A stretch of 64,000 nucleotides of DNA from an uncultured Acidimicrobiaceae bacterium (GCA_963823855.1 CAWGNA010000008.1:466444-530443), one strand, 5' to 3'; counted from the stretch's first letter, positions 48,381 to 58,226 are shown. Numbers and translations: made by a program. Notes: generated by a model not told the origin, from the letters alone.

Positions 48381-49565
48381 GTGAGCCGTGCGGGGACCAA
48401 GCGCAAACGTCGGGAGGGAGTCTGGGAGGTCCGCGTGTACCTGGGTCCGTGACCCGGTCACGGGCAAGGAAAAGCAGCTCTCGAAGACCGTTTACGGCGG
48501 CGCCAAGGCGGCCGACGAGGTACTGCGGGACCTGATCGGGAACCGGGCGCCCCGTACGGACGGAATGGGGGTGTCGTTTGGGCAGCTCCTCGATCAGTGA
48601 CTGGAAGAGTGCGAGCGGCTCGACCTGTCCCCGACAACACTCCGGGCGTACCGGTCCGAGATCGAGCAGAACATCCGCCCCGCCCTGGGCAAGATACCGC
48701 TGACCCGGCTAAGCGCCAAGCACATCGACGACCTTTACGGGGCGATGAAGGACGCCGGCAAGAGTCCTAAGACCATCCGTAACCACCACGCCATCATCTC
48801 GTCGGCGTTACACCAGGCGGCCCGGTGGGGGTGGGTGCGTACCAACGTCGCCGAGCTGGCCAAGCCGCCCCGCATCGCACAGCGCCGGGTCAAAGCTCCA
48901 TCTGTGGATGCGGTCCGCGTCTGTCATACAGGCGCTGCGGAACGCGACCCGCGCCTTGCCGCCCTGTTTATGCTCGGCGCCGCTGACCGGCATGAGGCGT
49001 GGAGAGCTCTGCGCACTCAAGTGGTCCGACGTGGACTTCGAACACGCCGAGCTTGAGGTCTCCCGAGCGCTAATCCTCGTCCCCGGTGGGCTGGCCGAAA
49101 AGAGCACCAGACCGGCCGGGTGCGGCCAGTGGCCCTAGACGACGTGGGCATTGCCCTGCTCGTCGAGTACCGGGCCACGGGTCGACGAGTGGGCAGGACA
49201 GGCGGACGCAGTAATGGGCAGCGACAGCATACGTCTTTTCGCCCTACGTTGACGGATCAAAGCCCTTCCGACCAGACAACGTGACCGGCTTTTTTGTGCG
49301 GGTCCGCGACAGCCTCGGTCTACATGGCGTCCGTCTGCATGACCTTCGCCACTTCACCGCTACTCAATTGATTGGCGCAGGCGTCGACGTACGCACAGTC
49401 GCCGAACGGCTTGGGCACTCGGACGCTTCGCTGACACTGCGCGTGTACTCCCACGCCATACGGGACCGTGACCGCGCTGCAGCAGAGGTCATTGGGCGCG
49501 TCCTCAGCCCGGTTCGACGGCCATTGGTCAGTCTTGAGACCAGCCAGGTCGCGCCCTCCGTGTGA
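48381..49565 (+). pseudogene. Tyrosine (phage-type) integrase, at least 4 frameshifts
   Basis: Fragments in three frames: VSRAGTKRKRREGVWEVRVYLG / RDPVTGKEKQLSKTVYGG.. / LSPTTLRAYRSEIEQNIRPALGKIPLTRL..KTIRNHHAIISSAL / LTGMRRGELCALKWSDVDF / LHDLRHFTATQLIGAGVDVRTVAERLGHSDASLTLRVYSH. Confidence 0.8.
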
Positions 49566-50042
49566 TTGTCGTCGCTCCGGATCCACTTAACCCCTTGCCG
49601 CGGGATGGGTGGTATGGAAGCCCGTTCCTCGTTCGCCGCCCTGGCGGGCGCCTGTACGCACCCGGCCTGGCGACCAGGAATCCAAACCTTCGTCGTCGTT
49701 GAGCGAGCGAAGCTCTCTAGGGACAGAGGAGTCAGCTACTTGTATTCGGAAGCCTCGTCACCCGAGAGTGGAAGGAACATCAGGCGTCTCGGATTCAAGT
49801 TCGCAACCACCTCGGCCGCCTACATCTGGACGCGTTCGGTATGAGACCTCGGGCTACGCTTCATCGAACCTCAGCGCCGGTTGTACGCACGGGCCCGTCC
49901 GACTTCGCCAGTCGCAAACTCGTGGTACAGCGCGATGGGCCTGTCAACACGCACTGGGTAACGTGGCGATGGCCAGGAGCCCACTGGGAGCCCAAGGGTT
50001 GTCAGCGACGACCCCGACGAGATCATAGCACCGGAAAGTGAC

Positions 50043-50090
50043 TGTGACCCCGCACGAAGTTGTCAGCGCGGATCGCTCACGAAGTTGTCA
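50043..50090 (+). repeat. Left terminal inverted repeat
   Basis: TGTGACCCCGCACGAAGTTGTCAGCGCGGATCGCTCACGAAGTTGTCA. It contains two direct copies of CACGAAGTTGTCAG. Confidence 0.8.
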
Positions 50091-50117
50091 GCTCGGCCTT
50101 CTTCATCCCGCCTTCGG

Positions 50118-50658
50118 CTACAGGTGGCGATAGATGGTCGGCCGGGAGACCCCGAACTCGGCGGCGATCTCGGCTACGGTTTGGCCCGGCGCCCATCGGG
50201 CCCAGTTCTTCGCAGGTGTCATGGGCGATCTTGGCCTGGAGGGAGGTGAGCTTGGCCGCGGCCCCGTGCCCGGGCCGCGGCCAGGCCGTCACGGGTGCGC
50301 TCGGACAGGAGGTCGTGCTCGAACTCGGCAATGGCCCCGAGGAACTGGAAGAACATCCGCCCGAGGGCCGTAGAGGTCTCGATGCCCTGGTCGAGCACCA
50401 CCAGGTCGCGCCCCGGCCTGAAGCTCGTCGGAAGAGCGATCAGGTGCTCAAGCGAGCGCCCGAGCCGGTCCAGCTTGGTGATGACCAACTGGTCGCCATC
50501 CCTGGCCTCGAGCAGGGCCTTGTCCAGCTCCGGCTGCCGGGCCAGCTTGCCGCTGGCCTTGTCGATGAGGACTTGGTCGCTGCGGGCGGCCACGAGGGCA
50601 TCTCGCCGGGCGTCGGGTTCTGGTCGAATGTCGAAACCCGTCCGTAGCCAACCCGCAT
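50118..50658 (-). pseudogene. Serine recombinase (resolvase/invertase family), multiple frameshifts
   Basis: MRVGYGRVSTFDQN (catalytic Ser region), LVITKLDRLGRSLEHLI, GIETSTALGRMFFQFLGAIAEFEHDLLSERTRDGLAAARARG, and C-terminal HTH TVAEIAAEFGVSRPTIYRHL* are spread over three frames. Confidence 0.8.
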
Positions 50659-51423
50659 TGGCTAACTGAAGCACAAACAGAGATTGGCGTTACATAGGTC
50701 TGTACACGGGTAACGTTACACAGCTCACCTGGAAAACTCCTCGTAGAGCAGCCGCGTCCGCCAACGATCGTTTGTGAGCTGGGTCGCATCCCGGCGCTGC
50801 CCACTTGAGCCCGAACACCTATGTATATGTCCGCTAGTCCACCCTCACCCAGGTACGCGAGCACACCGAGAGCCTGGAGCGCCAATTCATGACGGCCGCG
50901 AGGCGCCGGCGCTTTTACAACCGGCAAAGCCGACGTGGAGCCTTTGAGCGGCGCGGCAGCCGAGCGGCGTTTGCCGGCTCGCCGACGGCACAACGGGAAC
51001 CTTCTTCTTCAACGGTGATCATCCGTGGGTTGTCGTGCCGGGACTCCGAGAGCTCGCAATCGGCAAGGCTCAGATACGGATCACCGCCTCTAAAGCAACA
51101 ATCCGTGGCGGGGGACCTCCTCGGCTCGGGCATGCAAGCCGGCGACGTGGCGGAGCTGCTCGGCATCACGGAGAGGGAGCTGCGGGCATTTCGCGGCACG
51201 ACGACCGAGGGGTCGAGGAAGACGAACGGCACGGCGGACGAGGCGGAGACGCTCGGAACAGGAGCCGCGCGTCTCGCGAGCTGAGCCCTGCGCGCAGACC
51301 GGAGGCGAGGAGCTGTGGTGAACGATGCTGATGACTGCCCGAGCGTGGAGGAGCTCCTGGAGACCCTTCGCCACGTCCGGGAGGACAAAGCCCGGCGGGA
51401 GCGGGAGGAAGCGGCCGAGCCGG

Positions 51424-51540
51424 GCCGTCATCGACCGGCGCTACCCGCTGGAGCAGGTGGTCGAAGCAACCAAGTACGTCGAAACGAAGCAGGAAGACCG
51501 GGAACGTCGTCCTGGCCGTCAGCCGCGACGGCGGGACCTG
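51424..51540 (+). pseudogene. C-terminal scrap of a zinc-type alcohol dehydrogenase/quinone oxidoreductase (MDR family)
   Basis: AVIDRRYPLEQVVEATKYVETKQ, then after a frameshift TGNVVLAVSRDGGT*. This is the typical MDR C-terminal ending. Nothing lies upstream. Confidence 0.4.
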
Positions 51541-51846
51541 ACCACGCTGTCACTTAATGCTCGGGCAAATGACGCCGAGCGTGGCTCTCGAGTCGTCGAG
51601 GATGCCCACCGCCGTTCATCTTTACCGGCCGAGCCCGCGCTTAGATGAAGCTTTTTCCTAGAAATGTTTTGCTAGTTTTCTGCAACCAGAGTAGGCTGCT
51701 TAGCAGCAGTCGAGGCCCCGCAATTAGCCCTGACCCGGGCGGCGACGGTGAGAACCACCTTCAAGGCGTGTTTTGGTTGTGGTCGGCTGTGACCATGAAC
51801 GCCAGCAACCGGCTAGCGAGCTATGACCCACGACCAGGAGGACGCA

Positions 51847-52676
51847 ATGCCCTACGTCACTGTCGGTAAGGAGAACTCGGGACGATCGAGATGTACTACG
51901 AAGACCACGGCTCGGGGCAGCCGGTGGTGCTGATCCACGGCTACCCCCTCGACGGCCACTCGTGGGAAAAGCAGGTGCCCGTGCTGCTCGAAGCCGGCAA
52001 ACGCGTCATCACCTATGACCGGCGCGGCTTCGGCCACTCCAGCCAGCCCACGACCGGCTACGACTACGACACCTTCGCCGCCGACCTGAAGGCCCTGGTC
52101 GACAAGCTCGACCTGCGGGACATGGTTCTCGCCGGCTTCTCCATGGGGACGGGCGAGGTCACCCGCTACCTCGGGACCTACGGCTCTGAGCGGGTGGCCA
52201 AGGCGGCACTTGTTCGGACCGATCCCGCCCTTCTTGCTCCAGACGACGACAACCCCAAGGGAGTGCCCCAGAGCGTCTTCGACGGGTTCAAGGAGACGAT
52301 CACCAAGGACCGCTACGCCTGGTTCAAGTTCTTCTTCGACAACTTCTACAACGTCGACAAGCTCGGCGGTACCCGCATCAGCGACCAGGCCTGGAACGCC
52401 AGTTTCCAGGTGGCGGCCGGCTCGTCGGCTTATGCCACGCTGGCTTGCGTGCACACCTGGCTGACCGACTTCCGCGCCGACCTGCCCAAGATCGACGTGC
52501 CGATGCTCGTGATCCAGGGCACCGAGGACCGCATCCTGCCGATCGACGCTACCGGTCGGCGCCTCCCTGACCTGGTGAAGGACATCGAGTTCATCGAGAT
52601 CGAGGGTGGGCCGCACAACGTCGGCTGGACGCATGCCGACGAGGTGAACGAGGCCCTGATCAAGTTCATCGGGTAG
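51847..52676 (+). pseudogene. Alpha/beta hydrolase (non-haem chloroperoxidase/aryl-esterase-like), 1-nt indel near the 5' end (~51880)
   Basis: The ATG at 51847 gives MPYVTVGKENSG. The main ORF from 51891 gives (IE)MYYEDHGSGQPVVLIHGYPLDGHSWEKQ...GFSMGTGE. The two are in different frames, separated at a GGG run. Confidence 0.8.
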
Positions 52677-52703
52677 TGGGCCGAAGTGCTCGTCGGGCTA
52701 GCA

Positions 52704-52741
52704 GGGGTTGCCTGAGTAGCGGCGAAATTTCCGTTGTTTAG
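52704..52741 (+). repeat. Candidate Tn3-family 38-bp terminal inverted repeat
   Basis: GGGGTTGCCTGAGTAGCGGCGAAATTTCCGTTGTTTAG has the GGGG start, an internal CGAAA and a ..TTTAG end, like Tn3-family IRs. It lies 97 nt upstream of the tnpA-like ATG. No partner copy was found in the window. Confidence 0.45.
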
Positions 52742-52838
52742 GAACTCCACTTAGGCTCTCAGCTGCCCACTAGCAGCCAATTTGCCTGTCCGGTAGGGTC
52801 GGCGCCAGCTCTCAAACACAGACGGCCCGGAGGCGGCC

Positions 52839-53255
52839 ATGCCCACGAGGTTCCTGTCTGAAGCTGAGTTCGCTCAGCTGGCTGGCTTCCCCGCCGCTGT
52901 CGCCGCCGAAGACTCGTTACCTACTTCTCTCTCGAGGGGGACGACCTGCGGTGGGTGACCAGGAAGCACCAAGGTGAAGCCAACCCGCCTCGGCGTGGTG
53001 GTACAGCTGTGCGCGCTGCCGTGGGTGGGCTTCGTGCCCGACGACTTGACCGCGGCTCCAGTAGCGGTGGTGCGCAGGCTGGCTGGTCGTTTCGAGGGTC
53101 GACCCCGCTGCCCTTGCCGACTATGGAGGGTGGACGAGCGGACCCGGACCGAGCACCTGCGGGACGTGCTGGCCCGCTTGGGTTGGCGGACAGCCGAGGG
53201 CAGTGACGTCAGAGCCCTGGAAGACTTCGTTGCAGAGCGCGCCATGGACGGGTAG
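52839..53255 (+). pseudogene. Tn3-family transposase N-terminal (DUF4158) fragment, frameshifted and truncated
   Basis: MPTRFLSEAEFAQLAGFP.. / LVTYFSLEGDDLRWVTRKHQGEAN / RLGVVVQLCALPWVGFVPDDLTAAPVAVVRRLA...RTEHLRDVLARLGWRTA...LEDFVAERAM are spread over three frames. Homology ends at ~53255. Confidence 0.65.
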
Positions 53256-53452
53256 CCGTATTAGCGGACTAAAACCCGACGCGAATCGTTGGCGGCCGAC
53301 GGCGGCAACTCGCTCGCTGGGCGGCGAGGGCACCATGGACCGCAGACGGAAGCCCTGCTCAGGCCACGATTCACGAGGGACAGCAACCGAGCGACGTCGT
53401 ACGTCGCGCTCGTACGGAGAGTCAGAAAGCGCGTCAAAGTTGGCCGAGGTTG

Positions 53453-53528
53453 ACCGCAAAGGACCGCCTTGAGCAGCGAGAACGCGCCACACCGCAAAGG
53501 ACCGCCTTGAGCAGCGAGAACACGCCAC
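53453..53528 (+). repeat. 38-bp tandem duplication (1 mismatch)
   Basis: accgcaaaggaccgccttgagcagcgagaac[g/a]cgccac occurs twice, head to tail. Confidence 0.9.
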
Positions 53529-53947
53529 ACCGTCAGCCGTTAGTCCACTACACGCCTACCCCGACTTCAAAGCTAGCGCCGAGGCCTCGGCCCCGCTGTG
53601 TTCCAGTGGCTCGTCATGCGCCAAAGCACCGACACAGTCAAACCGGACGTACACGCGACCGCTTCGCCGCTGAGGCGCTAGGCCGCCGCTCAGCGACACC
53701 GATGTCGTCGAGGTGACCGTTGCCGCTGTCCGCCGGCTCGGCCGGCCGGCGCACCGGCTGGACAGGGCGATCTGGGAGGCCGGGCGCCGTGGGGCCGCCG
53801 GCACCACATCAGGCCGGTACCCGAAGGAGCCTCGGATGATCAAACCGCGTCCCAGAGGCCCCCGCAGGCGTCCTCAGCGGACGGCATCGAACGACTCTAT
53901 GACCCTGCAGTTGACCTTCGATTAAATATTTATTTATTTTTGGGTTT

Positions 53948-54733
53948 GTGTGGTTGCTCTCGATGCGGCATTGCAGGTTCGCAACCGTTCATGTTCACCG
54001 GGTCTTTCGTGACTCGGATAATCGAGCCGGCAGCAGGTGGCAACCCCGGCATCGTGGCTGCCCCGCTGTTTGGGCGGCTCACCTGATGCTGCACCACATC
54101 GCCTTTTTCAACGCCATCTTCGCTACGACCCAGCTGCTGATAGCGGTCGGGCTGCTGGTGCCTCGTACCCGCAAGCTCGCCCTGGCCGGCTCGGTTGGCT
54201 ACGCCCTGTCGGTTTGGTGGCTAGGTGAGGGTCTGGGCGGGATCTTCACCGGGGCGAGCCCACTTGCGGGCTTTCCAGGAGGAGTGGTCCTCTACGCCGT
54301 GATCGCCATCCTCCTCTGGCCGGCAACGGCCCGCGACCGTGGCGAGCTCACCGTCCCGGCGGCACGGGGCAGGTTCGGCGCGAGGGGCGCCGGTCTGTTC
54401 TGGGCGGCCCTGTGGGGCAGCTTCGCTTGTTACCTCCTGCTTCCTGCGAACCGTGGGGCCAGGGCTCTGGCTCAAATCTTCACGACCAGCGCCTCGGACG
54501 AGCCGGGCTGGCTCAGGTCGGTCGAGGGCGCGGCCGCCAACCTAATCGGCAGCCACGGCACGGTGGTCTCGGCCCTGTTGGCACTGGCGTGCGCTTTCGC
54601 GGCCCTGGGTATCTTCAAGCCCTCCGTTATGAAACCGGCGGTGCTGGTGGCGGCAGCCTTCGCCCTGGTCATCTGGGTGGCCGAGGCCTTGGGGGGCATC
54701 CTCACGGGTACGGGGACCAACCCCTGTTTCTGA
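53948..54733 (+). CDS. Integral membrane protein (start uncertain)
   Basis: ORF with ~6 hydrophobic helices (FFNAIFATTQLLIAVGLLV, VVLYAVIAILLWPA, LFWAALWGSFACYLLL, VVSALLALACAFAALGIF, AVLVAAAFALVIWVAEALGGIL). Confidence 0.55.
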   Translation: MWLLSMRHCRFATVHVHRVFRDSDNRAGSRWQPRHRGCPAVWAAHLMLHHIAFFNAIFATTQLLIAVGLLVPRTRKLALAGSVGYALSVWWLGEGLGGIFTGASPLAGFPGGVVLYAVIAILLWPATARDRGELTVPAARGRFGARGAGLFWAALWGSFACYLLLPANRGARALAQIFTTSASDEPGWLRSVEGAAANLIGSHGTVVSALLALACAFAALGIFKPSVMKPAVLVAAAFALVIWVAEALGGILTGTGTNPCF

Positions 54734-54739
54734 ATGGTC

Positions 54740-55847
54740 AGGCCGCCCTCGCCGGGCCCGTGGCCAATGCCGGCGTCGAAGGCGTCAGCCCCGTCACTGC
54801 CTCGTGCACGTTCACCGATGCCAACCCGGGGGCTACTTCCGCCGACTTCACCATTATCAACGGCGGCTTGACCCTCATCATCTGGGGTGACGGGACAACC
54901 ACCATCGGCACGGTGAGCGGGCCGACAGGAGGCTCCTTCACGGTCACCGGCAGCCATCAGTACACCGAAGAAGGCACGTGCCCAGCGCAGGTGCAAGTCT
55001 TCGACGACGGCGGCGCCGCCACCTTCTGCAAGGGCCCGGCCATCGTGGCCGACGCCCCGCTCACTGCCGGCCCGCTCGCCTTGCCCTCGACGACTTTCCT
55101 CGGGAGCCCGACTGCGGCCACCTTCACGTTCAGCGACGCCAACCCGGGGGCTAGGACCGCCGACTACACCTCCGTCGCCAGCGGGGGCAACGGCGGCTCG
55201 GCCACCGTCAACTGGGGGACGGGACAACCAGCACCGGCACGGTGAGCGGGCCGACAGGAGGCCTCTTCACGGTCACCGGCAGCCACACCTACGCGGCCAT
55301 CTGTGCCTACACCGTGACGGTGAAGGTCACCGACGACGGCGGGGCCACGACCTCGGCGACGGGCACGACGTACGCCGTCATCGCCTGCCCGGCGAGCGGC
55401 AAGGTCAACACCCGCTGGCACTACAGCGCCAACGGCTCCTCGGGCTCTTGGAGCGGGACGACGTCGACCAGCTGCACGAACGGCTCCGTCAAGATCGGCC
55501 CCCAGGCCATGGAGGGTGACCTAAAGGTGAACCCGGGCACAACGCTCAAGGCTGGGTACGACTTCACCCTCCCCGGCAACCACAACGCCTACACGGCGCT
55601 CGTGGTCAACCCGCAGGTCGTGTTCCAGGCAGACTGCGTCTCGGGCGCCCCTGCGTCGCCGGCCACGTTCAGCGTAGCGATGGCCAACCAGATGTACCAG
55701 GTCACCGACGACAGTTGGTACCCAAGCGGCGACCAGTCGAGTTCGCTCGTGTACCAGGGGTCGACCTCGGTCCCGAACGTCTGCAGCGGAGGGCAGGTGA
55801 GGCTCGACAAGGGCGGCACCTTCTCGGCGACGATCGTGCTGTACTAG
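54740..55847 (+). pseudogene. PKD/Ig-like repeat protein fragment (no N-terminus or signal peptide; frameshift at the G-run 55214-55218)
   Basis: Two PKD-like units (TFTDANPGATSADFT..IWGDGTTTIGTVSGPTGGSFTVTGSHQYTEEGT..VQVFDDGG and FTFSDANPGARTADYT..VNWG/DGTTSTGTVSGPTGGLFTVTGSHTYAA..VKVTDDGG), then a ~170-aa C-terminal domain. Confidence 0.6.
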
Positions 55848-56089
55848 GTCCGTCCTGTTACTGCCAAAGGGGGCGCGCCGGTGGGCGTGCCCCCTTTGCG
55901 CGGAATTGGCCTTGGCGCCGGTGGTAGCGCCCGACGGTTCGAAGGTCCGCTCTAACGGGGGCCCAGACACCTATAAGGACGCTCGCCTGTCTGCGGTCGG
56001 GGGCGCATGGGGTAATCGCCTGGTCGGAGAGTGGGGCGAATTGTGGGAGGCGGGTAGACGCTGGTCGTCCTCGCCGGGCATCTGGCGAC

Positions 56090-56420
56090 GTGACAACACA
56101 GCCGGAGCGGCCCACACCAGAGCTGCCGTACCTCGAGGCAAAGTTCGCCGGGCTCACCTGCTACGGGCTGTCGGCCCAGCTGCTGGCCGAGGTTCCGCCC
56201 ACCGGTCGTCCTCTGCACGGCACGGTCCTCCGCCGCCAGGTACAGGGCGTGGCCCAGCGCTTGGAGGACGAGCTGGGAGAAGAGCGCTCCAGCTTCATCG
56301 AAGGTTGCCCGGCCACCGGGGGGAGCTGCCACGCCCCGACCTGCCCTTCGTCGTCGGCCTGGACGGCGGTTATGTCCCCGGCGCGGACGACTACCTCGGG
56401 GAACCGTTTCACTTCCCTTA
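56090..56420 (+). pseudogene. Transposase fragment (ISKra4-like?)
   Basis: LPYLEAKFAGLTCYGLSAQLLAEVPPTGRPLHGTVLRRQVQGVAQRLEDELGEE, then in a shifted frame DLPFVVGLDGGYV. This resembles my recollection of ISKra4-family N-terminal regions. Truncated. Confidence 0.35.
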
Positions 56421-56428
56421 ACTGGTCC

Positions 56429-56749
56429 TCAGGGTTCGCGCCCTGGCCCGTCCCCAACCCCGACGTGGTAAGTTGAGTCGCTCAGCTCAAAGTGCGGTTG
56501 GGGCTTGCGGACCGCCCGACCTTCCTCGGCGGCGCTCGACAGCCAGCGCCACACGCTTCGGCCCGTAACCTCGAGCCCACTGGCTACGCCCTCCACATGG
56601 GCGGCCGTAAGCGGGCCACGCAGGCTGACAAGGCTTGCCACAGCGCCCTCCCGGGTCTCCGGCCGTAGATGGGGCTTTCGGCGCCTCGGGATGATGCTAC
56701 CTTCATATCGGCTTCCCCTTCCCGGGCCCGACGATGGCCGGTGGGTCAC
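56429..56749 (-). pseudogene. N-terminal HTH fragment of a Mu/TniA-type (rve) transposase, adjacent to the right IR
   Basis: LTAAHVEGVASGLEVTGRSVWRWLSSAAEEGRAVRKPQPHFELSD. No catalytic domain follows. Confidence 0.3.
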
Positions 56750-56800
56750 GGCACGCGTCCCGTCCGCCCTTAACAGGCCCTACGCCCGGCCGAGCCCTAC

Positions 56801-56848
56801 CGACAACTTCGTCAGCGATCCGCACTGACAACTTCGTGCGGGGTCACA
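56801..56848 (-). repeat. Right terminal inverted repeat
   Basis: The reverse complement reads TGTGACCCCGCACGAAGTTGTCAGTGCGGATCGCTGACGAAGTTGTCG, with 3 mismatches to 50043-50090. Confidence 0.8.
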
Positions 56849-57149
56849 AGTGAGGGAGGCTCGGAGTTGTCCCGGGGGCCTGAGCTACTTACCATAATGT
56901 ACGTTCTCTTTACCTTAACGGCTAAAAGCCCAGGTAAGGGACCACCTTTACGTCGTGCACATGTCGCCGACTGTGGTCACGGTCGGGTGACGCTGTCCGC
57001 TCGCTGAGCGCCGAGGAGACGGGCGAGCTGGTCGTTGAGGACCTGGTTCTCGGCTCGTAGACGGGCGATTCTCCTCGCGGTAGGCGTGGAACTGTTGGCG
57101 GTGGGACTCCACGATGGCTGACTGGTCCGGTGGCCTCTTCCGGGGCGCG

Positions 57150-57356
57150 GCGGGGCTCGACCAACTACAACCCCTATGGGCACAAGTCATGGCTAAACGC
57201 CGCCGCAAGTCCCTTGTGGTCTGCTGTGGTGGCTGCCATGGCCTTATACATAGGCACTCTGTCAACGCCCCCACCGGGTAGGTCATCGCAGAGCCCGTTG
57301 GTAGAAAACTCCCACGACGGGCGCGGAGGGAGGCCTTGCGGAAAAGGACCAGCCCA
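57150..57356 (+). mobile_element. Group II intron, 3' fragment (end of the RT/maturase ORF, domain V, domain VI)
   Basis: IEP C-terminus LDQLQPLWAQVMAKRRRKSLVVCCGGCHGLIHRH..*. A 34-nt domain V at 57291-57324 (GAGCCCGTT GGTAG AAAA CTCCC AC GACGGGCGC) has the AGC triad and a 2-nt bulge. Domain VI hairpin GGCCTT/AAGG-A-CC has a bulged A at 57348. Confidence 0.6.
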
Positions 57357-57953
57357 GACTGGCACCCGCCGCACGGTCCACCCTGCGCGTAGCGAGGACG
57401 AACGACCTTGACGTCGACGAGCGGCGGCACAGAATGCGGCGACGAGTTCCTTGTGGCTCGTAATTATGTTGATGGTGTGTCGGTCACCGTCGAGTGCCGA
57501 CATGGAACAGCGTCCTGCCAACGGCTTTTCAAAATCGTGAACCGTATGCTGTTCCATGATGAATCGGAGCGCTCGGCAGCCTCCCCGGCGTTCCTCAATG
57601 GGAGTCACATGAAGTGCGACCTTAAGCATCGCCGCCGGGAAGAAGGCCGTCATTATGGCGCACTCGATAAGTGCCGAAGTAGCGGGGGAAGCTTGAAACA
57701 CCTGCGCCACAAATCGGCATAAGGTTCTTGAGCCCTCCTCTTCCAGCGACCGGGGCCGTGGGCCCGAAGCCAGACGCCGAGACAGTAACCTCGGTGGTCC
57801 CACCCAAACTGTTATTGGTCTTCTTGCTGGTGCCGCGAAAGGCCCGAGGGCTCAGGCGGCGCTTGCGCGTGGAGTGTTCCCTGCTGCCCTGGCAGCTGCG
57901 TCGCAACGCGCTGCCCGTGGGGCCGGCGTCGTCCAGGTCACGCTCCCCCAGCG

Positions 57954-58226
57954 CTAGGAGTAGAAGTAGGGGTCCAGGACGCGGACCTCGGTGATCCGGT
58001 CGACCGGGAGCTTGTTCGCCGTGGCGCTCTGGCGGACGGCTTCGGGGCTGGGCGCGTCGTAAATGCAGTAAGTCTTGGTCTTGTCAGGCGTCACATAGGA
58101 GTGGGCCCAGGTGACACCGTAATCGAGGTTGGTCCCGACAATTTCGGCGCAAGTCTTGGCCCCCATGGCGTCCACGGGGATGTGCAGCCCTCCGGCGAAG
58201 CTGCGCTCAACGAGGTACCTCGGCAT
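57954..58226 (-). CDS. DUF4242 family protein (small alpha/beta protein)
   Basis: 90-aa ORF MPRYLVERSFAGGLHIPVD...TWAHSYVTPDKTKTYCIYDAPSPEAVRQSA..LPVDRITEVRVLDPYFY. AGGAGGG RBS. Confidence 0.8.
   Translation of the reverse strand: MPRYLVERSFAGGLHIPVDAMGAKTCAEIVGTNLDYGVTWAHSYVTPDKTKTYCIYDAPSPEAVRQSATANKLPVDRITEVRVLDPYFYS

Larger units (their letters stand above)
50043..56848. mobile_element. Decayed transposon-like unit bounded by 48-bp terminal inverted repeats (resolvase relic at one end, transposase-HTH relic at the other, nested insertions between)
   Basis: The IR pair at 50043-50090 and 56801-56848 matches in ~45 of 48 positions. See the component features. Confidence 0.5.

Noticed and set aside
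49785-49815. tRNA-like T-arm string (ggattcaagttcgcaaccacc) as a possible att repeat of tRNA-fMet
   Set aside because: Similarity to the tRNA-fMet 3' end is limited to the generic TTCAA core. It does not fold and is not a real repeat.
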